Notes: a model not told the origin generated them from the letters alone. Positions 48,144 through 58,221 are shown, numbered from the stretch's first letter. The stretch is DNA of 64,000 nt from Acidimicrobiales bacterium (GCA_035525375.1 DATLEI010000027.1:2976-66975); one strand, 5' to 3'. A program made the numbers and translations.

Positions 48144-48810
48144 CCGACTGGTTCTGGCCCTCGACGTCGACGACCTCGTCGTCGCCTTGCGTCTGGGCCA
48201 TCAACTGCAACCGTGGTTCGGTGTGGCCAAAGTCGGGCTCGAGCTGTACGCCGCGGCCGGCCCTGATGCGGTAGCGAGCCTCAGCGAGGCCGGCTTCAAA
48301 GTCTTTCTCGATCTGAAGTTGCACGACATTCCGACGACCGTTCGTAAGGCAGCTCGCGTCGTCGGCGCGTTCGGCGCCAGCTATCTCACGCTCCACGCAC
48401 ATGGCGGACCGGTCATGCTGCGCGCCGGGGTCGACGGCCTCTCTGAAGGCGCGGCCGCCGCCGGTATGCCGCTACCGATGGCCGTAGCGGTCACGGTCCT
48501 CACGAGCGACGGGGACGCGCCACCGCACATCCTCGGGCGGCGTATCACCGCGGCAGTCGAGGGAGGATGCGGAGGTGTGGTCTGCGCCGCCGCTGATGTG
48601 CGAGAGGCCAAGCAATTGGCGCCGCGACTGAAGGCTGTGGTCCCGGGGATCCGGTTGCCGGGCTCAGATCCCAATGACCAGGCCCGGGCATCCACCCCGC
48701 AGCAGGCGCTCGCAGCGGGAGCCGACCTCCTGGTGGTCGGGCGGGCGGTGACAACCGCCGCAGATCCAGCCGCGGCTGCCGCCGCCCTGAGCGAGTCGCT
48801 GACCAGCTGA
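48130..48810 (+). CDS. pyrF: Orotidine 5'-phosphate decarboxylase
   Basis: The 3' part of ORF 47869-48810. ATG 48130 (14-nt overlap with pyrD) gives MELRDRLVLALDVDD...FLDLKLHDIPTTV...VVGRAVT. Confidence 0.93.
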   Translation: MELRDRLVLALDVDDLVVALRLGHQLQPWFGVAKVGLELYAAAGPDAVASLSEAGFKVFLDLKLHDIPTTVRKAARVVGAFGASYLTLHAHGGPVMLRAGVDGLSEGAAAAGMPLPMAVAVTVLTSDGDAPPHILGRRITAAVEGGCGGVVCAAADVREAKQLAPRLKAVVPGIRLPGSDPNDQARASTPQQALAAGADLLVVGRAVTTAADPAAAAAALSESLTS

Positions 48811-48865
48811 TGCAACCCTGAGACGGCCCGGAAGGCAATGAGCTGGGCGCGCTAGGGTGCCAGCC

Positions 48866-49189
48866 ATGCCGCTGCCTCCCACACTTTCTCCGGACGAGCG
48901 CCTGGCTGCGCTTGACAAAGCCGCCGCCGCTCGCCGCCAACGGGCCGAGCTCAAAGACAAGCTGAAGATCGGGTCCATCAATCTCAAGGAGCTGCTCGAC
49001 CAGAGCACTCGCGACGAGGTGGTGGGCAAGATGAAGGTGGTTGCCGTGCTCGAGTCCCTCCCCGGGGTGGGCAAGGTGCGGGCCCGTCGGCTGATGGAGG
49101 AGCTGCATATCAGCGAGGCCCGTCGCGTTCGGGGCCTCGGCGCTCAGCAGCGAGAAGCGCTTCTTCGGCAGTTCCCCGCGACGTCCTGA
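48866..49189 (+). CDS. mihF: Actinobacterial integration host factor MihF
   Basis: ORF track 48857 (GTG). ATG 48866 gives MPLPPTLSPDERLAALDKAAAARRQRAELKDKLK...LESLPGVGKVRARRLMEEL...RRVRGLG, closely resembling mycobacterial mIHF as I recall it. Confidence 0.9.
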   Translation: MPLPPTLSPDERLAALDKAAAARRQRAELKDKLKIGSINLKELLDQSTRDEVVGKMKVVAVLESLPGVGKVRARRLMEELHISEARRVRGLGAQQREALLRQFPATS

Positions 49190-49761
49190 GCAAGACGCCT
49201 TCTCGACCCCTCCTCTTTGTCATCGTCGGTCCATCCGGCGCCGGCAAGGGATCGATCGTCGCCGGTCTGTCGCGTCGCGTGCCCCAGCTCTGGTTGAGCC
49301 GATCCTGGACAACCCGCCCGCCGCGCGTCGGCGAAGCGGCCGACGCCTACAAATTCGTCGACCGCGACACCTTCCTTGCTCACGCTGATTCCGGCGGGTT
49401 CGTCGAGTCGGCCGAGGTCTTCGGGCATCTGTACGGAACGCCCATTCCCGACCCGCCGGTGGGAAACGACCTGCTGCTCGAAATCGACGTGCAGGGAGCA
49501 AACCAAGTTCGGACGTTGCATCCCGATGCCGTGGTGATCCTCATCGACGTCCCATCGCGTGCGGCTCAGGAGGAGCGCCTGCGGGCGCGAGGCGACGACG
49601 AAGCGCTGATCGCGCGCCGCTTGGCGCGCGCCGACGCCGAAGCTGAAGCGGGCAGAGCCCTCGCCGACTACGTCATCGTCAACGAAGACTTGGACCGGGC
49701 CATCGAGGAGTCGGCTGCTATCGTGGAGATGCACCGCAGCGTAGGTTCGCCTCCGAGCTGA
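49186..49761 (+). CDS. gmk: Guanylate kinase
   Basis: The ORF track starts at GTG 49279 ([19 protein letters not shown]...). The same frame upstream encodes [31 protein letters not shown], which contains the essential P-loop. No ATG/GTG/TTG lies upstream in frame. CTG 49186 forms a CTGA overlap with the mihF stop (49187-49189). This gives 191 aa, a family-typical length. Confidence 0.9.
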   Translation: MSKTPSRPLLFVIVGPSGAGKGSIVAGLSRRVPQLWLSRSWTTRPPRVGEAADAYKFVDRDTFLAHADSGGFVESAEVFGHLYGTPIPDPPVGNDLLLEIDVQGANQVRTLHPDAVVILIDVPSRAAQEERLRARGDDEALIARRLARADAEAEAGRALADYVIVNEDLDRAIEESAAIVEMHRSVGSPPS

Positions 49762-49792
49762 CCGCCTGATCAACCCGACTGGAGTTACCCAG

Positions 49793-50059
49793 ATGTCCGA
49801 ACGCGCGACGATGATCTACCCGCCGATCGAAGACCTTCTCGACAAGGTCGACTCGAAGTTCAGCCTGGTGAGCCTCGCCGCCAAGCGCGGACGGCAGATC
49901 AACTCGTACTTCAGCCAGCTCGGTGAGGGTCTGGGCTCCATTGTGCCGCCGCAGGTCGCTTCGGTTTCCCGCAAGCCGCTGTCCATCGCGCTCGAAGAGA
50001 TCGCCGCGAGCAAGATCACCTACACCCGTCCTGAAGAGGTCGAGGACACCGAGAAGTGA
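49793..50059 (+). CDS. rpoZ: DNA-directed RNA polymerase subunit omega
   Basis: ORF track 88 aa. [26 protein letters not shown] is the RpoZ core, and GGAG lies upstream of the ATG. Confidence 0.93.
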   Translation: MSERATMIYPPIEDLLDKVDSKFSLVSLAAKRGRQINSYFSQLGEGLGSIVPPQVASVSRKPLSIALEEIAASKITYTRPEEVEDTEK

Positions 50060-51273
50060 CCCCACCCGCAGGCCGGAGGATCGTCCTCGGGATCTGCGGG
50101 GGAATTGCTGCCTACAAGGTCGTCGAGGTGTGCCGCCAACTGGTCGACGGCGGGGCGCACGTCACACCGGTGATGACCCACGACGCCGCCCGCTTTGTTG
50201 GCGAAGCCACTTTCTCCGCCCTGGCATCCGAAAGGGTGCAGTCGTCGTTGTGGTGCGAGCACGACCCCATTCCGCACACTGCTCTGGCGCGCCGGGCCGA
50301 CGTCGTTGTGGTTGCGCCTGCGACGGCCAACTTCCTCGCCCGCTATGCGGCCGGAATTACCGACGACCTGCTGACCGCCACACTGCTCGCCACCCGCGCG
50401 CCGGTCATCGTTTGCCCGGCGATGCACACCGAGATGTGGGAGCACCCGGCAGTGCAGGACAACGTCGCCACCCTGAGAGCCCGAGGCGTGCAGATCGTCG
50501 GCCCAGCGTCGGGTCATCTCGCCGGTGGCGATGAGGGCGCAGGTCGCCTCGTCGAACCGGACGCGATCCTCGCAGCCGTCGAGGCGACGCTCATGCCGCA
50601 CGATCTGACCGGTCGCAAACTCCTTGTCACTGCCGGTGGCACCCGCGAGCCCATGGACGCGGTGCGCTTCATAGGCAACCGCTCTTCCGGAAAGCAGGGC
50701 TACGCCTTGGCGGCCGAGGCCGCGGCACGCGGCGCGAAGGTAACGCTCGTCACGACGGTCGACCGGCGCGTGGCTGCCCCTATCGACATCGTGCGGGTCC
50801 AGACCGCAGCCGAGATGGCCGACGCCGTCTCGGAGCGGAGCCAGCAAGCAGACGCAGTGATCATGGCCGCTGCCGTTGCCGATTTCCGACCTCAGTTCGC
50901 CGCATCGGGGAAGATGACGAAGGCTGACGGCCCGCCTGCGCTCGTGCTCGAGCCAACTGCCGACATCCTGGCCCAGCTCGGTCAGGAGAAGCGTCCGGGG
51001 CAGGTGCTAGTTGGGTTTGCGGCCGAGGCCGGCAGTGATGAACTCGCGAGCCGCGCCGAAGCCAAGCTGCGACAGAAGAATCTCGACATCATCGTCGCTA
51101 ACGACGTCACCATGGCCGGTGCCGGTTTTGACACCGACACCAATCGCGCCATGATCATCCGTGCCGACGGCACCAACCAAGAAGTGCCCTTGGTCGACAA
51201 GCGGGAGCTGGCCAGGCGCGTCATCGACGCCGTCGCCAGTCAACTATCGGAGTCAGTCAGGAGGAAGTCATGA
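50056..51273 (+). CDS. coaBC: Bifunctional phosphopantothenoylcysteine decarboxylase / phosphopantothenate--cysteine ligase
   Basis: ORF track 405 aa, GTGA overlap with rpo[46 protein letters not shown]. Confidence 0.95.
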   Translation: MTPPAGRRIVLGICGGIAAYKVVEVCRQLVDGGAHVTPVMTHDAARFVGEATFSALASERVQSSLWCEHDPIPHTALARRADVVVVAPATANFLARYAAGITDDLLTATLLATRAPVIVCPAMHTEMWEHPAVQDNVATLRARGVQIVGPASGHLAGGDEGAGRLVEPDAILAAVEATLMPHDLTGRKLLVTAGGTREPMDAVRFIGNRSSGKQGYALAAEAAARGAKVTLVTTVDRRVAAPIDIVRVQTAAEMADAVSERSQQADAVIMAAAVADFRPQFAASGKMTKADGPPALVLEPTADILAQLGQEKRPGQVLVGFAAEAGSDELASRAEAKLRQKNLDIIVANDVTMAGAGFDTDTNRAMIIRADGTNQEVPLVDKRELARRVIDAVASQLSESVRRKS

Positions 51274-52466
51274 CGGATTGGACATTCACTTCGGAGTCGG
51301 TGACTGAGGGTCACCCCGACAAGATGGCTGACCAGATCTCTGACGCTGTGCTCGACGCCATCCTGCAGGAGGACCCAGAAGGCCGGGTGGCGTGCGAGAC
51401 CCTCCTGACGACCGGCCTCGTCGTTGTCGCCGGAGAAATCACGACGCGTGCCTATGTCGACATTCCCAAGATCGTGCGCAGCACCGTCTGCGATATCGGC
51501 TACGACCGTGAGTCGTACGGATTCGACGGGAACACCTGCGGTGTCATCACCGCGATCGACGAGCAGTCGCCTGACATCGGTCAGGGCGTGAGCGCGGCCT
51601 ATGAGGTTCGCACCGGGCGCACGGCCGACGACGAACTCGACAATCAGGGCGCTGGCGATCAGGGAATGATGTTCGGGTACGCGTGTGATGAGACCGCCGA
51701 CCTGATGCCGCTACCGATCTGGCTGGCGCACCGGCTCGCCCAGCGGCTGGCCGAGGTACGGAAGGCGGGCGTGCTGCCCTACCTACGGCCCGACGGCAAG
51801 ACCCAGGTCACCATCGAGTACCGCGACGGCAAGCCGGTCAGGTTGAAGACCGTCCTCATCTCCAGCCAGCACCAGCCGGGGCTCGACATCGAAACGTTGC
51901 TCAAGCCCGACCTTCGTGAGCACGTCATCCACCCACTTCTGCCGCCGGAGCTGGCGAACGACGACTACGAGCTCCTGGCCAACCCGACCGGGAGCTTCGA
52001 ACTCGGCGGGCCGCACGCAGATACGGGCCTCACCGGCCGAAAGATCATCGTCGACACCTACGGCGGCGCGGCGCGCCACGGTGGCGGAGCGTTCTCGGGC
52101 AAGGACCCGAGCAAGGTCGATCGCTCGGCTGCCTACGCGGCTCGTTGGGTTGCCAAGCACATCGTCGCTGCCGGCGCGGCGCGCCGCTGCGAGATCCAGG
52201 TCGCGTACGCAATCGGCGTGGCCCATCCGGTGTCGGTCATGGTCGAGACATTCGGCACCGAGACGGTGGATCCCGCCCGCATCGAGGAGATGGTTCCTGA
52301 AGTGTTCGACCTGCGCCCTGCTGCCATCATTCGTGATCTCGACCTGCGCAAGCCCATCTACCGTCGTACGGCCGCGTACGGCCACTTCGGCCGATCAGAC
52401 AAGGAGTTCTCGTGGGAGCGTCTGAGCCGCCTCGACGACGTGAAACGGGCACTCGACCTGACGTAG
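51270..52466 (+). CDS. metK: S-adenosylmethionine synthase
   Basis: ORF track 398 aa, ATGA overlap with coa[54 protein letters not shown]. Confidence 0.98.
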   Translation: MTDWTFTSESVTEGHPDKMADQISDAVLDAILQEDPEGRVACETLLTTGLVVVAGEITTRAYVDIPKIVRSTVCDIGYDRESYGFDGNTCGVITAIDEQSPDIGQGVSAAYEVRTGRTADDELDNQGAGDQGMMFGYACDETADLMPLPIWLAHRLAQRLAEVRKAGVLPYLRPDGKTQVTIEYRDGKPVRLKTVLISSQHQPGLDIETLLKPDLREHVIHPLLPPELANDDYELLANPTGSFELGGPHADTGLTGRKIIVDTYGGAARHGGGAFSGKDPSKVDRSAAYAARWVAKHIVAAGAARRCEIQVAYAIGVAHPVSVMVETFGTETVDPARIEEMVPEVFDLRPAAIIRDLDLRKPIYRRTAAYGHFGRSDKEFSWERLSRLDDVKRALDLT

Positions 52467-54247
52467 GCCCCAGCGGCAAGCGCGAGCCAGCCGTCGATCT
52501 CCCCATTGCCCGAGTACTCCCCGACGTCAACGCCTTGGCGCGACCTTTTGACTATCTGGTACCAGCGCGACTCGACGCACGGGTCGGCGTTGGCAGCATC
52601 GTGCGCATCCCCCTTCACGGTCGTCGAATCAGAGGATGGGTCGTCGACCGTGTTGCTCACCCCGAGACTGACCGACGCTTGCAGGCAGTCGCAGGGGTCA
52701 CTGGATGCGGCCCATCCGCCGACGTCATCGAGCTGACTGAATGGGCCGCATGGCGCTGGGCCGGTCCCCAAGCATCCTTGTTGCGCACCGCATCGCCGAT
52801 TCACGCCGTCCGTTACGTCGACCGGATGGATTCGTCACCGGAGCCTCAACCGTCAGTGGGGACAGCGCACTCTGCCATCGCCCTCGATGCGCTCGAGGCA
52901 CCGGTGACGACAGTGCGCCTACCGCCCGGCGACGATCCCTTCCTGTTGGTTCTTCACGCCGCGGTTCGAGGGGATGCCCTCGTACTCGCGCCGTCAGTGG
53001 GTGACGCTGCGTACCTGGCGGCCCGGCTCCGACATGCCGGGCATCGCGTCGCCCTACTTCCCGACGATTGGGCTATGGCGGCGGCAGGAGGCTGCGTCGC
53101 TGTTGGGCCCCGCCGCGCCGCGTGGGCGCCCCGTCCGCGTCTCGGGGCTGCCGTCGTGATCGATGAACATGACGAGGCGTATCAAGAGGAACGAACCCCG
53201 ACGTGGAATGGCCGAGACGTCGTAGTGGAACGTGCCCGCCGCGCCCAGGCACCGTGCGTGCTCGTGTCGGCCTGTCCCTCTCTCGAGGCGCTCGCGACCA
53301 CGCGGCTGCTCACGGTGTCTCGCGCCGACGAGCGCGTCGGCTGGCCGCTCATGGAGGTCATCGACCGTCGTCACGAGCCTCCGGGTACGGGTTTGTACTC
53401 CGAACGCCTCGTCGCACTCGCGCGACAGGCGGATACCGATGAGCGGGTGGTGTGCGTCCTCAACCGCAAAGGCCGGGCCCGCCTACTTGCATGCGCCGCA
53501 TGCTCCGAACTGGCTCGTTGCGAGAAGTGCGATGCGGCCGTCGAATCGTCGGCCAAGGACGACGCTGACAAGCTTGTCTGCCGGCGGTGCCTCACTGTGC
53601 GGCCCCTGGTTTGCCTTTCGTGCGGAGGCGGCCGGTTCCGGGTCCTCAGGGCGGGAGTCAGCCGGGCCCGCGAAGACCTCGAACGCCTGGTTGGCCGGCC
53701 CGTGGCCGAAGTCAGCGCCGACGTGGCGCCCGGTCCACCTCCGTCGGCGCCCGTGCTCGTGGGTACGGAGGCCGTGCTGCACCGGGTGAGTCACGCCCAG
53801 GTCGTCGCCTTTCTCGACTTCGACCAGGAGCTCCTTGCCCCCCGGTACCGGGCCTCGGAGCGGGCCTTCGGCTTGCTGGCGCGCGCCGCCCGCATCCTCG
53901 GAGGGCGTTCGGATAAGCGACGGCTCGTCGTCCAGACCCGGCTTCCGGATCATGAGGTGATCGATGCTGCGGTACACGCCGATCCGGCGCGCCTGACTGT
54001 CGTCGAGTCCGCCCGCCGGTCCGCGCTCGGTTTCCCTCCCGAGCGAGCGCTAGCGATCGTGTCCGGAGAAGGGGCTGGAGAGTTCACGTCCGCCTTGCGG
54101 TCGATTCCTGACATAGACATCGCCGGGCCTGCCGGCGGCCAGTGGATGGTTCGTGCGGCAGATCACCGACGGTTGTGCGACGCGCTGGCGGCGACGCCGC
54201 GCCCGAAGGCTCGCACGCGGGTCACCGTCGACCCCCTGCGCTCGTGA
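52412..54247 (+). CDS. priA: Primosomal protein N' (PriA) homologue with degenerate ATPase motifs
   Basis: ORF track 611 aa. The N-terminal 3'-DNA-binding region is [20 protein letters not shown]...[18 protein letters not shown]. The four-CxxC zinc module is [13 protein letters not shown]...[20 protein letters not shown] 52412 overlaps metK by 55 nt. The start is uncertain, because the next canonical start, TTG 52535, would remove the conserved N-terminus. Confidence 0.85.
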   Translation: MGASEPPRRRETGTRPDVGPSGKREPAVDLPIARVLPDVNALARPFDYLVPARLDARVGVGSIVRIPLHGRRIRGWVVDRVAHPETDRRLQAVAGVTGCGPSADVIELTEWAAWRWAGPQASLLRTASPIHAVRYVDRMDSSPEPQPSVGTAHSAIALDALEAPVTTVRLPPGDDPFLLVLHAAVRGDALVLAPSVGDAAYLAARLRHAGHRVALLPDDWAMAAAGGCVAVGPRRAAWAPRPRLGAAVVIDEHDEAYQEERTPTWNGRDVVVERARRAQAPCVLVSACPSLEALATTRLLTVSRADERVGWPLMEVIDRRHEPPGTGLYSERLVALARQADTDERVVCVLNRKGRARLLACAACSELARCEKCDAAVESSAKDDADKLVCRRCLTVRPLVCLSCGGGRFRVLRAGVSRAREDLERLVGRPVAEVSADVAPGPPPSAPVLVGTEAVLHRVSHAQVVAFLDFDQELLAPRYRASERAFGLLARAARILGGRSDKRRLVVQTRLPDHEVIDAAVHADPARLTVVESARRSALGFPPERALAIVSGEGAGEFTSALRSIPDIDIAGPAGGQWMVRAADHRRLCDALAATPRPKARTRVTVDPLRS

Positions 54248-54260
54248 GAGCATCAGCGCG

Positions 54261-54851
54261 ATGAAGCGATTGGTGGTCCTCCGCCACGGCGAGACCGAAT
54301 GGTCGGCGTCCGGCCGTCACACAGGCCGCAAGGACATACCCCTTACGTTCGAGGGGGAACGTAAGGCTCGCCTATTGGGTCAGCGGCTTGTGCATTTCGG
54401 GATCGAGCCGGTTCGGGTGCTGTCCAGTCCTCGCCAGCGAGCGCTGAAGACTGCGCTGCTTGCCGGTCTCGATCAGCACCGAATCGAGGCCACCGAGCTG
54501 CTTGCCGAGCTCGATTACGGCGAATACGAGGGGAGGACGACAGAAGAGATCCGGAGCGAAACTCCGTCGTGGAACCTCTTCAAAGACGGGTGTCCCGGCG
54601 GGGAGACGCTGGAGGCGGCGGGTGATCGAGCTGATGAGCTTCTCGCTGAGGTTGCTCCGGAGGACGGCGCCGGCGACGTCGCTCTGGTTGGGCACGGCCA
54701 TTTCTCCCGCATCCTTGCCGCTCGCTATCTGGGCCTCGACGCGTCATCGGCGTCCGGTTTTGCGCTGGACACCGCCAGCCTGTCGATCCTGGGCCACGAG
54801 CACGAGTGGCGCGCCGTGCTTCTCTGGAACCACGGAGCCGGCATCCGGTAA
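54261..54851 (+). CDS. Histidine phosphatase family protein (phosphoglycerate mutase-like)
   Basis: The 3' part of ORF 54153-54851. ATG 54261 gives MKRLVVLRHGETEWSASGRHTGRKDIPLT (RHGE catalytic motif) and a later GHGHF. Confidence 0.88.
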   Translation: MKRLVVLRHGETEWSASGRHTGRKDIPLTFEGERKARLLGQRLVHFGIEPVRVLSSPRQRALKTALLAGLDQHRIEATELLAELDYGEYEGRTTEEIRSETPSWNLFKDGCPGGETLEAAGDRADELLAEVAPEDGAGDVALVGHGHFSRILAARYLGLDASSASGFALDTASLSILGHEHEWRAVLLWNHGAGIR

Positions 54852-54870
54852 CGCCCGGTACTCTCGACCC

Positions 54871-55416
54871 GTGGCCCTGTTCGAGATCCGTACCTTCGGC
54901 GACCCGGTCCTGCGCCAGCGCGCGACCGAGATTACGACGCTTGATGCGAGCCTCGCTCAGCTGGCGGCCGACATGATCGACACGATGTACGACGCGCCGG
55001 GCGTCGGTTTGGCAGCTCCCCAGGTTGGCGTTCAGCGGCGAATGTTCGTCTATGACATCAACGACGACAATGGCCCGCACACAGTCATCAACCCGGTATT
55101 GATGGGCCATGAGGGCGAGCAGACATCGGAGGAAGGCTGCCTCTCTGTTCCGGGCCTGTCCTGGCCACTCACGCGCTATGAGAAGGTGCATCTCACCGGC
55201 GTCGACCTCGACGGCAAGGAGCTGTCGATCGATGCCGAAGGGCTGCTGGCGCGGTGTTTTCAGCACGAGGTCGATCACCTCGACGGGATGCTGCTGCTCG
55301 AACGACTCGACAGGAGAGATCGCAAAGGGGCCATGAAGGAGCTGCGCGGCCGCACCCTGGGATTCTCCGATCCGGCCGGAGATTCGCGAGCTCCGTCCGT
55401 CGGCCAGGGCACCTGA
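54871..55416 (+). CDS. def: Peptide deformylase
   Basis: The 3' part of ORF 54460-55416, starting at GTG 54871. The three deformylase motifs are GVGLAAPQVG, EGCLSVPG and QHEVDHLDG. Confidence 0.95.
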   Translation: MALFEIRTFGDPVLRQRATEITTLDASLAQLAADMIDTMYDAPGVGLAAPQVGVQRRMFVYDINDDNGPHTVINPVLMGHEGEQTSEEGCLSVPGLSWPLTRYEKVHLTGVDLDGKELSIDAEGLLARCFQHEVDHLDGMLLLERLDRRDRKGAMKELRGRTLGFSDPAGDSRAPSVGQGT

Positions 55417-55423
55417 GCCACGG

Positions 55424-56290
55424 GTGAAGCTGGCCTATCTCGGCTCCCCACAGGTGGCCGTCAATCCCCTGAAGGCGCTTGTCGCCGACGGTCACGAGGT
55501 CGCGCTCGTCGTGTCACAACCCGACCGTAAGCGAGGCCGCGGTGGGAACCTACTGCCGAGCCCGGTCAAGGCCGCCGCACTCGAGCTGGGCCTTACCGTC
55601 AGCGATCGAGTCGACGACGTCATCGATGTCGGTGCCGAGCTCGGCGTTGTCGTTGCCTTCGGCCGGCTCATCAAGCCTCATGTTCTGTCGGCGCTACCCA
55701 TGGTCAACCTGCATTTCTCGCTCCTGCCGAGATGGCGCGGCGCGGCTCCCGTCGAGCGCGCCATCCTCGCCGGCGACACGACGACCGGCGTGTGTTTAAT
55801 GGCGCTGGAAGAGGGACTCGACACCGGGCCGGTGTACGCGCGCGCAGAGACCCCAATCGACAGTGAGGACACGGCCGACCAACTGCGAAGCCGCCTCGAA
55901 GGCCTAGGTACGGCAATGCTCTTGCAGGCACTTCTCGAGGGGCTGCCGGAGCCCGAACCTCAAGTGGGGGAGCCCACGTACGCCGCGAAGCTTGCGCCGG
56001 GTGAACACGAGCTTGACTGGGGGCGTCCCGCCATCCATCTCCATCGGGTCATTCGCCTTGGCCGGGCGTGGACGACCTTCCGGGGGAAGCGGCTGAAGGT
56101 TCTGTTGGCCAGGCTCGTCGACGGGCCGGTCACGCTTGCCCCGGGCGCAATCGATCCCGTGACCTTGCAGGTGGGCGCCGGCGAGGGTGCTGTGGAGCTC
56201 GTGGAGGTGCAACCGGAAGGCAAGCCCGTGCAGGAGGCCTCTGCGTGGCGCAACGGTGCGCACTTGATCGCCGGTGATCGTCTGGGCTGA
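55424..56290 (+). CDS. fmt: Methionyl-tRNA formyltransferase
   Basis: ORF track 288 aa, GTG start. VVSQPDRKRGRG, NLHFSLLPRWRGAAPVERAI. Confidence 0.94.
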   Translation: MKLAYLGSPQVAVNPLKALVADGHEVALVVSQPDRKRGRGGNLLPSPVKAAALELGLTVSDRVDDVIDVGAELGVVVAFGRLIKPHVLSALPMVNLHFSLLPRWRGAAPVERAILAGDTTTGVCLMALEEGLDTGPVYARAETPIDSEDTADQLRSRLEGLGTAMLLQALLEGLPEPEPQVGEPTYAAKLAPGEHELDWGRPAIHLHRVIRLGRAWTTFRGKRLKVLLARLVDGPVTLAPGAIDPVTLQVGAGEGAVELVEVQPEGKPVQEASAWRNGAHLIAGDRLG

Positions 56291-56534
56291 TGGCAGGGTA
56301 CGGGCGTCGACTCGGGTAAGCTCTGCTCAATTCCGGATCGCCGCTTGGTGTGAACCCACAGGCTCGACGCGCACTCGGCTTATGCAGCATGAGAAGGCGT
56401 CATGGTCGGAGAACCGCGACATACCCGCGGAGAAGTGCCGTCTGGGCTCGCCGAGAGCCTCGACCGCATAGCAAGCATCGTCCTCACTGACTCGAATCTC
56501 GACGGGATTCTCCAGTATCTCGGCTGCTGCCGGC

Positions 56535-56744
56535 GTGCAACAAGCGCAGCTCGAGGAGGCCCTGACAACGCGCGACGTGATCGGACAGGCAAAGGGCATC
56601 TTGATGGTGCGCCAGTCGTGCAGCGCTGACGAGGCCATCGACGTCCTTCGCCGGGCTTCGCAGCGCGCCAACCGCAAGCTACGGGATATCGCCCAAGATC
56701 TCGTGGACGCGACGACAAGCGTGGAGGAAGACGAAGAGCCCTAG
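56535..56744 (+). CDS. ANTAR domain protein (stand-alone 69 aa, or the remnant of a GAF-ANTAR gene)
   Basis: ORF track 69 aa. LEEALTTRDVIGQAKGILMVRQSCSADEAIDVLRRASQRANRKLRDIAQDLV is a complete ANTAR domain. A GAF-like N-terminal helix lies upstream in a different frame (ORF 56402-56629). See findings. Confidence 0.6.
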   Translation: MQQAQLEEALTTRDVIGQAKGILMVRQSCSADEAIDVLRRASQRANRKLRDIAQDLVDATTSVEEDEEP

Positions 56745-56785
56745 CGCGCGAGGTGCCCCGGGGTGCCCTGGCCTAGGTTGGCCCC

Positions 56786-57778
56786 ATTCTTGCTCTCAGC
56801 GTCCTTGATCAGACACCGGTTCCCGAGGGCACGGATCCGGCTCAGGCCTTAGCGGACACGATCCGGCTCGCCCAGGCCGCCGACCGCTTGGGATACACCC
56901 GCTACTGGCTAGCTGAGCACCACAACACCCGGTCGTTGGCCGGTACGACTCCCGAGGTCATGGTCGCTGCAGTTGCGAGCGCCACGTCGCGTATTCGGGT
57001 CGGATCGGGCGGGGTGCTGTTGCCGTACCGCAACCCGATGATGGTGGCCGAAGCGTTTCGGATGCTGCATTCACTCTTCCCGGGCCGCATCGACCTTGGT
57101 GTCGGTCGGGCGGCAGGAACGGACCCGGCGACCGAGGAGCTGCTACGCCGCGGACCGGTTGAACTGGGCGAAGAGTGGTTCCCGCAGCAGGTCGCGGACC
57201 TCGTTGGTTACGTTCACGACAACGAGACGATGCCTGCCGGTTCTGGCGCGCCTGCGGTCTGGCTGCTCGGATCGAGCAGCCAAAGCAGTGGCTGCGCCGC
57301 CTATCTCGGTCTGGCCTTTTCGTTTGCCCACTTCATCAGTCCCACCTACGGGCCTCAAATCGTGAATGCCTACCGGCGCGGCTTTCAACGTTCGGAGGTG
57401 CTTGATGAGCCTCGGGTGAGCGTCGCTGTGTCGGTGGTCTGCGCAGACACCGACGAAGAGGCCCGGCGCGTGGCCTCAACGGCTGATCTCTGGCGACTGG
57501 GTCCGGAGGGTGCGGAACGGGCCCCCATCGTGCCCAGTGCTGATGCTGCCGCTGTAGTCGCCACCCTCACTGACCTACAACGCGAACGGTTGGCTCAAGC
57601 GAAGTCGAAGGTCATTGTCGGTGCCCCCGACGTGGTCAGGGCGAAGATGACCACGCTCGCCGATGAGTTCGGGATCAATGAACTCATCGTGCTGACGGTG
57701 TGCCATGACCCGAGGGCGCGCCAACGCTCCTACGAGCTCCTGGCAGAGGCCTTCAGTCTCAGCTCTGGGGCGCGCTGA
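56786..57778 (+). CDS. LLM class (luciferase-like) flavin-dependent oxidoreductase
   Basis: The ORF track starts at TTG 56888 (MGYTRYWLAEHHNT...). The same frame upstream, open only from the TAG at 56774-56776, encodes VGPILALSVLDQTPVPEGTDPAQALADTIRLAQAADR. This matches the conserved N-terminus of this family (..LSLLD..PIPEG......LA...E.LGY.RYW.AEHH). The only recognised initiator there is ATT 56786. The stop is certain and the start is inferred. Confidence 0.85.
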   Translation: MLALSVLDQTPVPEGTDPAQALADTIRLAQAADRLGYTRYWLAEHHNTRSLAGTTPEVMVAAVASATSRIRVGSGGVLLPYRNPMMVAEAFRMLHSLFPGRIDLGVGRAAGTDPATEELLRRGPVELGEEWFPQQVADLVGYVHDNETMPAGSGAPAVWLLGSSSQSSGCAAYLGLAFSFAHFISPTYGPQIVNAYRRGFQRSEVLDEPRVSVAVSVVCADTDEEARRVASTADLWRLGPEGAERAPIVPSADAAAVVATLTDLQRERLAQAKSKVIVGAPDVVRAKMTTLADEFGINELIVLTVCHDPRARQRSYELLAEAFSLSSGAR

Positions 57779-57822
57779 CTACCGCAGAGGTAGTCCATCC
57801 GCCCGGTTCGTCGGAGGCGTGG

Positions 57823-58221
57823 TTATGCGGTGCGGACGAGTTCTACGTCGTATTCCTCGTTGAGCTCGTACGACAGCTCTTCGATCAGCCGGCCGAGGAG
57901 CTGTAGTCGCTTCACATCCTTACGAAGCTGCGCGCCGCGGTTCACAAGGGGGCCGTTGTAGCCGTTAAGCGGCGCCGCCAGCGTGGCCGCTCGCCGGTGC
58001 AGCACTTCGGCTGCCATCGACGGGTCGCCACCCGCCTCCCACGTGACCTCGCTAGCCACCTTCGCCCCGAGAGTGATCTCGAGCAGGACCTCCAACTGTT
58101 CTGCGTTCACACGCGCCTCCCAATCCCGGAACCGACTATCGCCTAGAAAGAGTCGGCACATCAACGACACAACTTGAGTGGCGTGGCCGTACGATTCGCG
58201 GCATGGGCACTCTGCAGGCAA
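57823..58221 (-). CDS. Hypothetical protein
   Basis: ORF track 132 aa (-). Its amino-acid composition is ordinary, unlike the Ser/Arg-rich + strand ORF 57983-58177, and it fills an otherwise empty gap. I recognise no motif. The first ATG (58221) overlaps the divergent mog start by 19 nt, so internal ATG 58161 (MCRLFLGD...) is an alternative start. Confidence 0.5.
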   Translation of the reverse strand: MPAECPCRESYGHATQVVSLMCRLFLGDSRFRDWEARVNAEQLEVLLEITLGAKVASEVTWEAGGDPSMAAEVLHRRAATLAAPLNGYNGPLVNRGAQLRKDVKRLQLLGRLIEELSYELNEEYDVELVRTA

